Source: Lentisphaeria bacterium
GTDB taxonomy: Bacteria; Verrucomicrobiota; Lentisphaeria; Victivallales; Victivallaceae
DNA: 64,000 bases
Reading direction: 5' to 3'
NCBI GenBank assembly: GCA_017504435.1
Contig: JAFVRD010000035.1
Coordinates: 24,606-88,605 of the forward strand
The position numbers were made by a program, and so were the translations under genes. Position 1 is the first letter of the stretch, and each line of letters starts with the position of its first letter. Below are positions 1-10,121 of this stretch, in pieces. Below the pieces are notes generated by a model. It made no database searches, was not told the DNA's origin, and saw only the letters and a list, made by a program, of their open reading frames with translations.

Positions 1-1193
1 TGGTGCAGGTCGCTAAAGCTCCCATAAGTACAAAAGGTGCCAGAGTAACCACTGATTTGACTATTCCCGGACGTTTCCTCGTGCTGATGCCGTACAGTAA
101 CCATATCGGTCTGTCCAGCCGCATTGAAAGTAATACGGAACGGGACCGACTCCGGAAAATCCTTGAACAACTGGATCTTCCCGAAAACATGGGGGTGATC
201 TGCAGAACTGTCGGCGAAGGACGCCGTTCAACCTTTTTCAAACGCGATTTGGAACTGCTGCTGGACTATTGGAAAAAAATCGCCAACGGTATGGAGAATT
301 GCGATGCTCCCAAACTGCTGTTCACAGAACCGAACCTCATCGACCGGACTGTAAGAGACTTCATGACCGAAGAAATTGACGGTATTGTCGTTGATGATCA
401 GGAAGCGTATAAGCATATACGCGAAACGCTCAAACGCATCGGCGGCAGCAAAATGGTCAGTAAAGTAACGTTATACAAAGGCACTGATCCGATTTATGAT
501 TATTACCACATCGATGAGGAGCTGCGTAACGTTTTTCAGCGGGAAGTCAAACTCCCCGGCGGAGGTGCAATCGTCATTGATGAAACCGAGGCAATGATCG
601 CCATTGATGTAAATACCGGACACGGCAGAAAAACCGCCGATCAGCCGGAATTCATTCTCCAGACCAATCTGGAAGCCGCCGAAGAAATCGCCCGCCAGCT
701 GCGGCTGCGGAATGTCGGCGGATTGGTGGTGCTGGATTTTATTGATATGCGTTCTGCTTCAGACCGGGATGCCGTATACCGGCACATGAAAAAACTGGTC
801 AAAGATGACCGTGCCAAAACTCAATTGCTCCCGCTGAGCAAACTCGGTCTTATGGAAATGACCCGGCAGCGTGAACATGAAAGTATTCAGGATCAAGTCT
901 TTTCACCATGTCCTTACTGCAACGGTTCCGGATTGATCAAATCGGCATTGACCATGAGTGCGGAAATCCAGCGCAAGCTCAGTTCCATTATGAGAAATAA
1001 AAAATATAAAGGCGTGCCTCTGCGGGTATTCATGCATCCGGAGGTGCTGACCAGGCTCCGCAATGAGGATGCCCAACTGCTCAGCGACATGGAAGAAAAA
1101 TATAAACATGAATTAAGTTTCCGTGCCGACCCGGCTCTGCATTATGAAGAATTTTTACTTGTTGATCCGGAAACCGGAGCTGAAGTCAAGTGA
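1..1193 (+). CDS. rng: RNase E/G-family ribonuclease (RNase G-like), 5'-truncated by window edge
   Basis: Frame +3 is open from the window edge to TGA at 1191-1193. Catalytic-core hallmarks: GGAIVIDETEAMIAIDVNTG, LVVLDFIDM, MTRQR, and CPYCNGSG (zinc-link). Confidence 0.85.
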   Translation, partial: VQVAKAPISTKGARVTTDLTIPGRFLVLMPYSNHIGLSSRIESNTERDRLRKILEQLDLPENMGVICRTVGEGRRSTFFKRDLELLLDYWKKIANGMENCDAPKLLFTEPNLIDRTVRDFMTEEIDGIVVDDQEAYKHIRETLKRIGGSKMVSKVTLYKGTDPIYDYYHIDEELRNVFQREVKLPGGGAIVIDETEAMIAIDVNTGHGRKTADQPEFILQTNLEAAEEIARQLRLRNVGGLVVLDFIDMRSASDRDAVYRHMKKLVKDDRAKTQLLPLSKLGLMEMTRQREHESIQDQVFSPCPYCNGSGLIKSALTMSAEIQRKLSSIMRNKKYKGVPLRVFMHPEVLTRLRNEDAQLLSDMEEKYKHELSFRADPALHYEEFLLVDPETGAEVK

Positions 1194-2677
1194 AATTTGA
1201 AGAATATCACCCTTCGGAAATCCCTGCCAAACCGGGAGTATACATGTTCCGCGACCGATTCGGCAAGGTCATTTACGTGGGCAAGGCCAGAGATCTGCGG
1301 CGACGGCTGGGCAACTATTTCCAACCCTCACGTAAACGGACTGCAGATGCCAAACTGCGGTCATTGATAAATTCTATTTCGGATTGGTCATATACCATTG
1401 TCCGTAACGAAGATGAGGCTCTCTTACTGGAATCGCAATTGATCAAAAGTTATGCTCCGCATTACAACATCCTCATGCGCGATGACAAACGCTACTTATT
1501 ACTGAAAGTTGATCTCAATGAAAAATTCCCCACCTTGACCCTTGCCCGTTTGAAAAAACCGGACAACGCACGATATTTCGGTCCATTTCCGCATGGAACT
1601 GCACTGAAAATGACCCGGGAATTTTTGTTGGCATATTTCGGTTTGCGCGGCTGTAAAAGTTCCGATCCGAATCCGGATACCCGCAAACACTGTTTAAAAA
1701 AACTGGTCAAAGATTGTTGTGCCCCCTGCACCGGAGCTGTAACTCCGGAGGAATACCGTGCCAAAGTCAACGCCGCTTTGGAAGTGCTGGACGGCAACAT
1801 CCTGCCGGTCAAAGAGGCAATAAAAACAGAAATGCTCAAGGCTGCCGCAGCAGGAAATTTTGAAAAAGCAGCCCGCCTTCGCGATACTGCCGACAATATT
1901 GAGACTGTTTTTGGTAAGAAAAACCGGATTTTCGAAAATCCGGTCCTGCCCGATCAACTCATGCCTCCTGGAGAACATGCGGTCAGATCTCTGGCCGCAC
2001 GGCTGGGATTGAAAAATCTTCCGGATACGATAATCTGTTTTGATATCTCCAATATTCTCGGCACACTTGCCGTTGCCAGTATGGTCACATTTACCCAAGG
2101 TAAAGCCAATCGCAACGCATACCGGAGATTCAAAATCAGAACAGTAACTCAAAGCAACGATTTTGCGATGATGTACGAAGCCGTATTCAGGCATTTTTCA
2201 AGACTGCTTGCCGAGAAACGGCCGCTGCCGGATCTGGTCATGGTCGATGGCGGCAAAGGTCAGTTGTCCAGCGGTATAGATGCCCTGATCGCCGCCGGAG
2301 TTCCACCGTTACCCATTATCGGACTGGCAGAACGCAATGAAGAAATATATCTGCCGGGACAAAAAGATCCCCTCGTACTCGACCGTCATGATCCGGCACT
2401 GAAACTGTTGCAATCTGTCCGCGATGAAGCTCACCGTTTCGCAATAACCTATCACCGCAATCTGCGCGAAAAACGGATCAATTCATCACTGCTGGATGAT
2501 ATTCCGGGCATCGGCAGCATCCGCAAGCGGGAATTGCTCCGCACATTCGGTTCCATAGAACTCCTCCGCAAAGCCGATGCCGCCACTATCGCCGCCCGGG
2601 CTCCCGGTATAGGAATAACTGTTGCAGAAAAAATTGCCGATGCTCTGCGGGTTGAAAAAAAACAGACTTCACAGTGA
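1190..2677 (+). CDS. uvrC: Excinuclease ABC subunit C
   Basis: GTG start overlaps the rng stop (GTGA). GIY-YIG N-terminus (PGVYMFRD..VIYVGKARDLRRRL), Cys cluster (CAPCTG), UVR-like helix (AAAAGNFEKAARLRD), and C-terminal endonuclease plus HhH (IPGIGSIRKRELL). At 495 aa it is short for UvrC. Confidence 0.85.
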   Translation: MKFEEYHPSEIPAKPGVYMFRDRFGKVIYVGKARDLRRRLGNYFQPSRKRTADAKLRSLINSISDWSYTIVRNEDEALLLESQLIKSYAPHYNILMRDDKRYLLLKVDLNEKFPTLTLARLKKPDNARYFGPFPHGTALKMTREFLLAYFGLRGCKSSDPNPDTRKHCLKKLVKDCCAPCTGAVTPEEYRAKVNAALEVLDGNILPVKEAIKTEMLKAAAAGNFEKAARLRDTADNIETVFGKKNRIFENPVLPDQLMPPGEHAVRSLAARLGLKNLPDTIICFDISNILGTLAVASMVTFTQGKANRNAYRRFKIRTVTQSNDFAMMYEAVFRHFSRLLAEKRPLPDLVMVDGGKGQLSSGIDALIAAGVPPLPIIGLAERNEEIYLPGQKDPLVLDRHDPALKLLQSVRDEAHRFAITYHRNLREKRINSSLLDDIPGIGSIRKRELLRTFGSIELLRKADAATIAARAPGIGITVAEKIADALRVEKKQTSQ

Positions 2678-2724
2678 ATACAGCCGGATTTTTCTTTGGA
2701 CAGCAAATTCCGTTCCGGCAATTT

Positions 2725-3624
2725 TTAATTCAGATAATCATCCGGATCGCATGTCCCATTGAAAAATTCCTGACGCACTTTCAACGGAGTTTTTTGAAAA
2801 CGCTGTTTGAATATCCGGCAGAAATAACTTACATCGGCGAAACCTCCCGCCAATGCCGCTTCACTGACAGATGCCCCGCTTAATAACGCCAGTACCGCCA
2901 GATGCAAACGCTGCTTGAGCAAATACTCCATCGGTGAAACACCGATGAGTTTCTGAAAATGATGCCGGAAATTGCTTTCACTCATACCGGCAAACTGTGC
3001 AGCATCCCGAACCGACACCCCGTTGGAAGCATTGCGTTCCATATATTGCACCACCCGGCCGATCTGGTAGGCACTGCTGTCCACGTCAAAACGTTCTGCG
3101 GTGGAATACCGCTTGAAAAAAGTGAATATTTTGCAAAATCCGGCAAACAAACCTCCTTCCCGGTCATCCCGCCAACTGCTGTATTCGCCGCGCATTTCTT
3201 CTAATATTTCAATAGCTTTAGGCAGATTTTCCGGAGAAAGATAACGCCGTACCGCCGATGTTTCATCTGAGAAAAAATCCTGATAAAAACGCGCCAAAGA
3301 TTTCACACCGCCGCCCAGAAACGGAAAAATATCCGGCAGACAGAGTAAATTATAATAACGGAATGAACGGATATCAACATAACGGTGAATGGAATCAGGA
3401 GCAAAAAACAGCACATCTCCGGGCGCAAGCATCGTCATCCCGCGTTCATCTTCATTACGCGCACTGCCATGGCAGCAGACCACTATTTCGCAAAAACCGC
3501 AGTGACAGTGCCATGAAGAACGCAGCAAATTATCGTAATACCATGATTGTACACTGAGATTGAATTTGCCGACTCCTCCTGCCCGCTGCGGAGATATGTT
3601 TATAATACCGGAGTGATTCTGCAT
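2725..3624 (-). CDS. AraC-family transcriptional regulator (cupin sensor + HTH)
   Basis: C-terminal AraC HTH signature (VRDAAQFAGMSESNFRHHFQKLIGVSPMEYLLKQRL...YFCRIFKQRFQKTP). Divergent from the glycosidase operon. Confidence 0.85.
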   Translation of the reverse strand: MQNHSGIINISPQRAGGVGKFNLSVQSWYYDNLLRSSWHCHCGFCEIVVCCHGSARNEDERGMTMLAPGDVLFFAPDSIHRYVDIRSFRYYNLLCLPDIFPFLGGGVKSLARFYQDFFSDETSAVRRYLSPENLPKAIEILEEMRGEYSSWRDDREGGLFAGFCKIFTFFKRYSTAERFDVDSSAYQIGRVVQYMERNASNGVSVRDAAQFAGMSESNFRHHFQKLIGVSPMEYLLKQRLHLAVLALLSGASVSEAALAGGFADVSYFCRIFKQRFQKTPLKVRQEFFNGTCDPDDYLN

Positions 3625-3758
3625 AAAATTTCCTTTCTGAACCCTAAAATAACCGGTAAAAAAATAAATTCAAGTCCCTATCGAATACAAAGCCGTAATT
3701 TTTTATTGATTTGTTATATCTTTTTTTCGTTTAGTACAAGATTTTTTCTTTTTTCTGG

Positions 3759-3768
3759 TGTATAATAT
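3759..3768 (+). promoter_or_regulatory. Candidate -10 element TGTATAATAT for the 3828-15023 operon
   Basis: TATAAT at 3761-3766 lies in the AT-rich divergent intergenic region. No good -35 was seen. The same 10-mer occurs at 61868-61877. Confidence 0.3.
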
Positions 3769-3827
3769 ATGTTGAAAAGGTTTATATGTAAGAAATTTTC
3801 CATTTTCAAAGCAGAAGGAGTTTTTTT

Positions 3828-5168
3828 ATGAATGTCTTGAAAGATTTTGTTGACAATTACCGCGCCATCCGTGCCGCGTTGCCGTGGCTGGATTGCTATG
3901 TTTCTGAATTACCCGTTCCGTTTGCAGAAGCAAGCACTCAAGCCCCGACGGAAGCGGTCAAATTGACCGCTTCAGGGAACATCAGACTGGTGATCCAAAC
4001 GGAACACTCTTTTGAAGAAATTGCCGAAATGGCAAAAAATGAACCGGATGTAAAATTCATCATCGCTTCCGGTACCCAGAAATTGCTTTATCACTTTGCC
4101 GCAATCGAAAATCTGCTGCTCAACTATGAGAATATCTACCTCGCCAATGGTAATTTCTGCAGTATGCTCGGTTTGGAACGTCTGGTCAAAGCCGGAGTCG
4201 GAAAAAAACTGCTCTACGGCAGTATGGTACCTTACCTCGATCCCGGTCAGGCTCTCGGTCCTATCGTACTCGGACAGTTTGACTGGGTAACCAAATGCGG
4301 TATTGCCGGAAACAATTTCCGTAAACTGCTCGGACTTCCTCCGGTCAATGTGCCGGAAGTACCGCTGAAAAAATTCCCGCCATTCATGGTCGATGCTCAT
4401 GCTCACACGATCAGACCGGAAACAACATGCCGCTTCCCCGCCCCCGGTGCTGCACCGCAATGGGATCTTTGGGAACCGGTTCTGGATGCCTATGCTACGG
4501 AATTTTATTTTGCGACCCCCAGCGAGACCAACCGTGACGGTCAGGAAACACCTGCATCTCAGGAAATGGCTCAAATTGTCAAAGATTCCAACGGCAGAGT
4601 CCGTTACTTCACCGGATTTGATCCCCGCCATGCGGATTTCTGCTATGCTGAAGCGGAACGGACCCTCGGCAATCCGGAGTGCGTCGGTTTGAAAATCCAC
4701 CCACCGGCTCACCGGACTTACGGCAGTGATCTGGTTTACGCCCGGGCATTTGAAGTAGCCGGACGTTTCAATAAGACCGTAATGACTCACAGCTGGGGAT
4801 TGTCTGACTACAACGATACCCAGAAGTATTCCACCCCGCTGCTTTTTGATGAACATTGCCGCAACTATCCGGACACCAAATTTGTTCTCGGTCACGCCGG
4901 CGGCAGACCGAACGGATTTCCCGAAGCAGTGGAAATGTGCAAACGGCACAAAAACGTTTTTGTCGACCTCGCCGGAGACTTTTTCCACAACGGAGTGATA
5001 CAGGCCGCAGCGAAAGAGATCGGAGCAGACAAAATCCTTTTTGCCAGCGATCTTTACTGGATCGACCCCCGCTGCACACTTGGCATGCTTATCGAGGCAG
5101 AACTGCCGCTGGAAGATCTGTGGAAGATCCTGCGTACCAATGCCCTTAAAGTTTATCTGAACCGCTGA
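3828..5168 (+). CDS. Amidohydrolase-family (TIM-barrel metal hydrolase) protein with a degenerate N-terminal half-domain
   Basis: SD GAAGGAG lies upstream. C-terminal domain has VDAHAHT (HxH), MTHSWG, LGHAGG and ILFASD. The N-terminal ~190 aa repeats the back half of the fold (LLYGSMVPYLDP, GNNFRKLLGLP) without HxH. Confidence 0.6.
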   Translation: MNVLKDFVDNYRAIRAALPWLDCYVSELPVPFAEASTQAPTEAVKLTASGNIRLVIQTEHSFEEIAEMAKNEPDVKFIIASGTQKLLYHFAAIENLLLNYENIYLANGNFCSMLGLERLVKAGVGKKLLYGSMVPYLDPGQALGPIVLGQFDWVTKCGIAGNNFRKLLGLPPVNVPEVPLKKFPPFMVDAHAHTIRPETTCRFPAPGAAPQWDLWEPVLDAYATEFYFATPSETNRDGQETPASQEMAQIVKDSNGRVRYFTGFDPRHADFCYAEAERTLGNPECVGLKIHPPAHRTYGSDLVYARAFEVAGRFNKTVMTHSWGLSDYNDTQKYSTPLLFDEHCRNYPDTKFVLGHAGGRPNGFPEAVEMCKRHKNVFVDLAGDFFHNGVIQAAAKEIGADKILFASDLYWIDPRCTLGMLIEAELPLEDLWKILRTNALKVYLNR

Positions 5169-5176
5169 GGTGTTTT

Positions 5177-7516
5177 ATGTCCAAAATCAGCTTAAAAAAA
5201 TTCCGCACCCCATCCGCCCGCCGGTCCCCCGGATATTTCTGGAGCATCGGCAAACCGCTGGATACTGCCATGCTGCGGCAGCGGATATTGGAAATGATCG
5301 ACAAAAATGTCCGGACCGTCTGTTTTCATCCGGTGCCGCCCAATTTCAGGATCGATATTTCGACCACTATGGCTCCGGAATATCTCTCGGAACCGTATAA
5401 TAAACTTATCGGCGAAGTAGTTGATGCCTGTGATGAATTCGGGGTAAACTATTATCTCTATGATGAAGGCGGCTGGCCGTCCGGAGGAGCCTGCGGTCAG
5501 GTCTGGGCAAGCGATCCGGAACGTTTCACACGTAAATACATCGTACCGGATGGCGACTCCTGGAAAATCATCAGTGAAGCTGTCCGGCCGGAACTCGCTG
5601 CCCCCTACCCCAATTTGCTGGAAAAAGGCGTGACTGAAAAATTTTTGGAACTTACTCATGTTGCCCATGAGAAATATTGCAGCAAACACTTCGGAAAAAC
5701 CATGTATATGGCCTTCACCGATGAACCGACCATGCCGGGAATCACCGCCGGAGCAAGATTGGGGTACTGCAGTGATCTCTTTGAAGAATTTTTCAAACGC
5801 AAAGGCTACCGTCTGGAAGATCATCTCCACGACATTTTCACCAAACACAATCATTCTGAAATGCGCGGAGATCTGGCGGATAAACTGGTCGATTACTGTG
5901 ATGTAATGGCGCAACTTTTTGAAGAACGTTTCCTTGAACCGCTGCGCGACTGGTGTCGCAAACACAATATGGTCTCCGCCGGACACTTCGGCGGTGAAGA
6001 TGAGTGGTTCAATTTCAAATCCAACGGTTTCGGTCATATTCTGCGCTCACTCAAACGGCTGGATTGTCCCGGTGTGGATATGATCTGGCATCAGCTCTAC
6101 CCGGGAGAACGGCTCCATCCGTTCCCGAAACTGGCCTCATCCGCCGCCCGGCAAATCGGTAAAAATGAAGTTCTCGGTGAAATGTTTGCCATTTATGGCG
6201 GAGGTCTGCTGCCGGAACGTATGAAATTTCTGCTTGATTATATGCTGGTTTGCGGTATCAATACTTTTGTTTTCAGCAGCACACCTCAATATTCCGATCA
6301 GGTCAATCTCTCCGGTGGACGTCCCAGTTTCGGGAAAAGTGACCCGATGTGGGGTGAATTTGATCTCTGGCACACTTACGTCGGCAGAATGTCTGAATTG
6401 CTCACCATCGGCACTGCCAGAGCTGACACAGCATTGTATTTGGATGCCCATAATTTCTGGCTCGGCACCCGTGAAAGTGAATATGCGATCATGAACGCGG
6501 TGGAATACTCCGAACTGCTCCGCCGTCATCAACGGGACTTTGACTACATTGATGATGAATCCATTATTGATGCAGTGCTGAAAAAAGGCAAACTCTGTAT
6601 CGGCTCAGCTGTCTACAGTCAATTGGTCATTCCGGAGAAAAACCGTATGAGTGTTGCGGCAAAGGAAAAAATCGCCGCGCTGAAAAAAGTCGGTTTCCCG
6701 GTTCTTACTCCCGATGAAACCGACCGGATCACACCTGCACTGGAAGTAACTCCCGGTACGTGGAAACTGCTTGTCCACAAACGGGTCTGTACCAATGGTG
6801 AAGCCGGATATTTCGTTATGAATACATCCAACACTACGGTCAAAGCAACTTTGCAAGCCGCAGAAAAAGATAAAAAAATCTCTGTTGCAGATGCAGAAAA
6901 TGCCGTATTCTACGCGGTTGACGCCCAAAACGGTGCGTGGGAATGGGAATTTGCCCCCTATGAATCACGCTTTTTCTACTGTGGTAATGTGCCCAATGTG
7001 CCACGCCCGGAACAACCGGTCGAATGTGTACGCAAATTGACCTCATGGCAGCTTCAGCCGCTTAAACAGCACTTTGTTGCAAAGGTTTATCAGCAGGAAT
7101 GTAATACCCCGCCGGTCAAAGCAAAACTTGGTGACTGGGGAAAATATCTGGGAGATGATTTCTCCGGCACAGCTCTTTACAGTTCAACTTTCCGTTTCGA
7201 CGGCAAAGAAAACATCAAATTCATCGACCTCGGTCAGGTCAATTATACCTGCTGTGTCAAACTCAACGGTAAAGTCATCGGCCGCCATTTTACCGGCAGC
7301 ACCATATTTGACCTGCGTCCGGCATTGAAAAAAGGTGTGAATAAATTGGAAATAACCGTATCCAACACGCTTGCCAATGCTTTGCATCCACAGGAGGTAC
7401 AAGATTATTGGCAAAAGACCCGTAAAGTCGCTTCAGCCTACAATACGATTCAGCTGGTTTTTGAAACCGAAGCATTGCCGTCAGGACTTTTCGGACCGGT
7501 ACGGCTGATGAAATAA
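5177..7516 (+). CDS. Putative glycoside hydrolase with C-terminal galactose-binding-like jelly roll (possibly GH106-like rhamnosidase family; uncertain)
   Basis: 779-aa ORF with GAGGTG SD. YDEGGWPSGGACG motif, and a C-terminal sugar-binding jelly-roll pattern (GTALYSSTFRF..VNYTCCVKLNGKVIG..NKLEITVSNTLAN). No signal peptide. Family call is from memory only. Confidence 0.5.
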   Translation: MSKISLKKFRTPSARRSPGYFWSIGKPLDTAMLRQRILEMIDKNVRTVCFHPVPPNFRIDISTTMAPEYLSEPYNKLIGEVVDACDEFGVNYYLYDEGGWPSGGACGQVWASDPERFTRKYIVPDGDSWKIISEAVRPELAAPYPNLLEKGVTEKFLELTHVAHEKYCSKHFGKTMYMAFTDEPTMPGITAGARLGYCSDLFEEFFKRKGYRLEDHLHDIFTKHNHSEMRGDLADKLVDYCDVMAQLFEERFLEPLRDWCRKHNMVSAGHFGGEDEWFNFKSNGFGHILRSLKRLDCPGVDMIWHQLYPGERLHPFPKLASSAARQIGKNEVLGEMFAIYGGGLLPERMKFLLDYMLVCGINTFVFSSTPQYSDQVNLSGGRPSFGKSDPMWGEFDLWHTYVGRMSELLTIGTARADTALYLDAHNFWLGTRESEYAIMNAVEYSELLRRHQRDFDYIDDESIIDAVLKKGKLCIGSAVYSQLVIPEKNRMSVAAKEKIAALKKVGFPVLTPDETDRITPALEVTPGTWKLLVHKRVCTNGEAGYFVMNTSNTTVKATLQAAEKDKKISVADAENAVFYAVDAQNGAWEWEFAPYESRFFYCGNVPNVPRPEQPVECVRKLTSWQLQPLKQHFVAKVYQQECNTPPVKAKLGDWGKYLGDDFSGTALYSSTFRFDGKENIKFIDLGQVNYTCCVKLNGKVIGRHFTGSTIFDLRPALKKGVNKLEITVSNTLANALHPQEVQDYWQKTRKVASAYNTIQLVFETEALPSGLFGPVRLMK

Positions 7517-7539
7517 CCGTTTTTACAGGAATCCAGAAT

Positions 7540-10107
7540 ATGAAAAGTTTTCAAATAACCGATCCTCGGCTGGATCACCGCAAACCGGGAGAATTTGTTA
7601 TCACGTCCCAACCGGAGTTTTCATGGCAGATGCGTTCAGCCCGTCACGGTGCGGCGCAAAGCGCATACCGGATCGTCACCCGCAGCTCGGATGGAGAAGT
7701 GATTTGGGACAGCGGAAAAGTCGCCGACTCATATTCAGCTGCAATCCCGTGGCACGGCAGAGAACTGCGTTCCCGGGAAAAAGGCACCTGGACGCTGGAA
7801 GTCTGGGATGATGCCGGACGCAAAGAAGCAACTTTACCCATTCCGTTTGAAGTCACCCTGCTGGATAACAGTGACTGGAAAGCACAATGGATAAGTTTTG
7901 ACGGCAACAACCCCTCCGTTTCCGCCCCCTGCCCGTATTTCCGGAAAAAATTCACCCTTGAAGAAAAACCGGTGCAAGCCCGGCTCTATATTACCGCCAG
8001 AGGGTTGTTTGAAGCATATATCAACGGCAAAAAAGCCGGAGAAGACCGCTTTGTCCCCGGCTGGAGCAACTTTAACAAACACATTCAGTTCCTCACTTAT
8101 GATGTGACCGGACTTTGTCAAGCCGGAGATAACTTACTGGGAGCCATTCTCGGAGAAGGATGGTACTGCGGATGCGGAAGAAGAAAAAACTTTTACGGCG
8201 ACCGTCCGGAGCTGCTGGCCCAGCTGGAATTGACTTTTGCCGACGGCAGCGTAAAAAAAGTACTTTCCGGACGGAATTGGAAGTGTACTACCGGACCGTT
8301 CCTTTACAGTGATATTTACGATGGTGAATTCTACGATGCCAGATTGGAAATCCCCGGTTGGGACATGCCTGCATTTGATGATCGTAAATGGCGCGCCGCC
8401 ACGGTCGGAGAATCAGCTGTCAAATCGCCCCGCCTGCTCCCGAAACGGGGCGAACCGGTGCGGGAGATCATGACTCTGAAACCGGTGGATATACTCCATC
8501 CGAGACAGGATGTCTGGATTTGGGATTTCGGTCAGAATATTTCCGGTTATCTGCGCATCAAAATCGGCGGCAGCAGAGGACGTCTGTATACCTTGCGTTT
8601 CGGAGAAATGCTTTACGATGATAATACGTTGTACAACCTCAATTACCGCGGTGCCCGTTCCACAGACTTTGTGGTCATGGGTAATGAACCGGTAATGGAT
8701 TATGAGCCGAAATTCACGTTTCACGGATTCCGTTATGCTCAAATCGACGGATTTCAATTCTCCAACACCGATTTTTCCGTCAAAGACATGGAAGTTGAAG
8801 CGGTAGTGCTTTATTCATGTCTGGAAGAAAACGGCATTTTTGAATGCGGCAATGAAAAACTGAACCGGCTTTATCAAAATACTCTCTGGAGTCAGCGGGA
8901 CAACTTTTTTGAATTGCCCACAGATTGCCCCCAACGTGATGAACGGCTGGGATGGACCGGAGATGCCCAGGTATTTGCCGGAGCAGCGTGCTGCAGCATG
9001 AATACACTGAACTTTTTCCGCAAATATATGCACGATGTCCGGGATACTCAGCGCAATGACGGGGCAATCGCTTCGATCGCACCGGATATATTAGGCTACA
9101 GTTTCGGTGCCGCCGGTTGGGCGGATGCCATAACGATCATTCCATGGGTGATGTACTGCCGTTATGGATCAACAGAGATTCTTAAAGAAAATTTCGCCGC
9201 CATGGAAAAATGGGTGAATTTTCAAAAAAATTCATCCAACGGCTTGATTCGGCCCAAAACATTCTACGGCGATCACCTCAATTTTTCACCGGTGGAAACT
9301 CCCTCTGAATTGCTCGGAACAGCATATTTTTATAACAGTGCTTCATTGCTCTCTAAAATTGCCGCAATTCTCGGGAAAAAGCAAAAATCGGTCATTTATT
9401 CCGAACTTGCCCAACAGGTTTATGAAGCTTACCGGGCAAAATATGTAGACAAAGACGGGATGGTGAATATTCACAGCCAGACAGCACTGGCGATCTCACT
9501 GCATTTCGGACTTATCCCGGATGCTGACCGCAGGAAAAACCGTGATCTGCTAGTCAAACTCATCTCCGGAAACGGCAACCGTCTGACTACCGGATTTCTC
9601 GGAACTGCCTGTTTGAATACAGCTTTGAGTGCCAACGGCGCAACCGCAACCGCGCTTGATCTCTATTTACAGGAGGCGTTTCCCTCATGGCTCTTCCCGG
9701 TCAATCAGGGAGCGACCACCATTTGGGAACGGTGGAATTCATATACCCTCAAAGACGGTTTCGGCAATGTCAATATGAACAGTTTCAACCATTATGCTTA
9801 CGGTGCGGTCCATGAATGGGTCGTCGATACTGTTTGCGGCATCCGTCTGACCTCCCCCGGCGGCAAAAATATCCGTTTTTCATGTACTCCTGATAAACGT
9901 ATCGGTCATGCCAAAGCTGAGATCGGAACTTCCTACGGTCAGGTTTCATCCCAATGGAAATTCACCCCGGACGGCAATGTCATCTGGGAGATTTCCGCTC
10001 CGGCAAATACGGTGATCGAAATTGTTATCCCCGATAAATGGCAGTGTTCCGCAGAATCACTTCCAACCGGATGCGGGAAGTACAAACTTGAATTGCAACC
10101 CACGTAA
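7540..10107 (+). CDS. Alpha-L-rhamnosidase, GH78
   Basis: Classic GH78 core DCPQRDERLGWTGDAQVF, an N-terminal rhamnosidase domain (LYITARGLFEAYINGKK) and a six-hairpin region (ATTIWERW). No signal peptide. Confidence 0.9.
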   Translation: MKSFQITDPRLDHRKPGEFVITSQPEFSWQMRSARHGAAQSAYRIVTRSSDGEVIWDSGKVADSYSAAIPWHGRELRSREKGTWTLEVWDDAGRKEATLPIPFEVTLLDNSDWKAQWISFDGNNPSVSAPCPYFRKKFTLEEKPVQARLYITARGLFEAYINGKKAGEDRFVPGWSNFNKHIQFLTYDVTGLCQAGDNLLGAILGEGWYCGCGRRKNFYGDRPELLAQLELTFADGSVKKVLSGRNWKCTTGPFLYSDIYDGEFYDARLEIPGWDMPAFDDRKWRAATVGESAVKSPRLLPKRGEPVREIMTLKPVDILHPRQDVWIWDFGQNISGYLRIKIGGSRGRLYTLRFGEMLYDDNTLYNLNYRGARSTDFVVMGNEPVMDYEPKFTFHGFRYAQIDGFQFSNTDFSVKDMEVEAVVLYSCLEENGIFECGNEKLNRLYQNTLWSQRDNFFELPTDCPQRDERLGWTGDAQVFAGAACCSMNTLNFFRKYMHDVRDTQRNDGAIASIAPDILGYSFGAAGWADAITIIPWVMYCRYGSTEILKENFAAMEKWVNFQKNSSNGLIRPKTFYGDHLNFSPVETPSELLGTAYFYNSASLLSKIAAILGKKQKSVIYSELAQQVYEAYRAKYVDKDGMVNIHSQTALAISLHFGLIPDADRRKNRDLLVKLISGNGNRLTTGFLGTACLNTALSANGATATALDLYLQEAFPSWLFPVNQGATTIWERWNSYTLKDGFGNVNMNSFNHYAYGAVHEWVVDTVCGIRLTSPGGKNIRFSCTPDKRIGHAKAEIGTSYGQVSSQWKFTPDGNVIWEISAPANTVIEIVIPDKWQCSAESLPTGCGKYKLELQPT

Positions 10108-10121
10108 AAAAGGATATCGTT

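Noticed and set aside
3972-4988. 338-aa minus-strand ORF antisense to the amidohydrolase gene
   Set aside because: It is fully embedded antisense in a gene with clear family motifs, and its translation is compositionally odd with no motifs. Long antisense ORFs recur throughout this window (5192-6037, 13737-14510, 18105-18935), which points to a codon-bias artefact.
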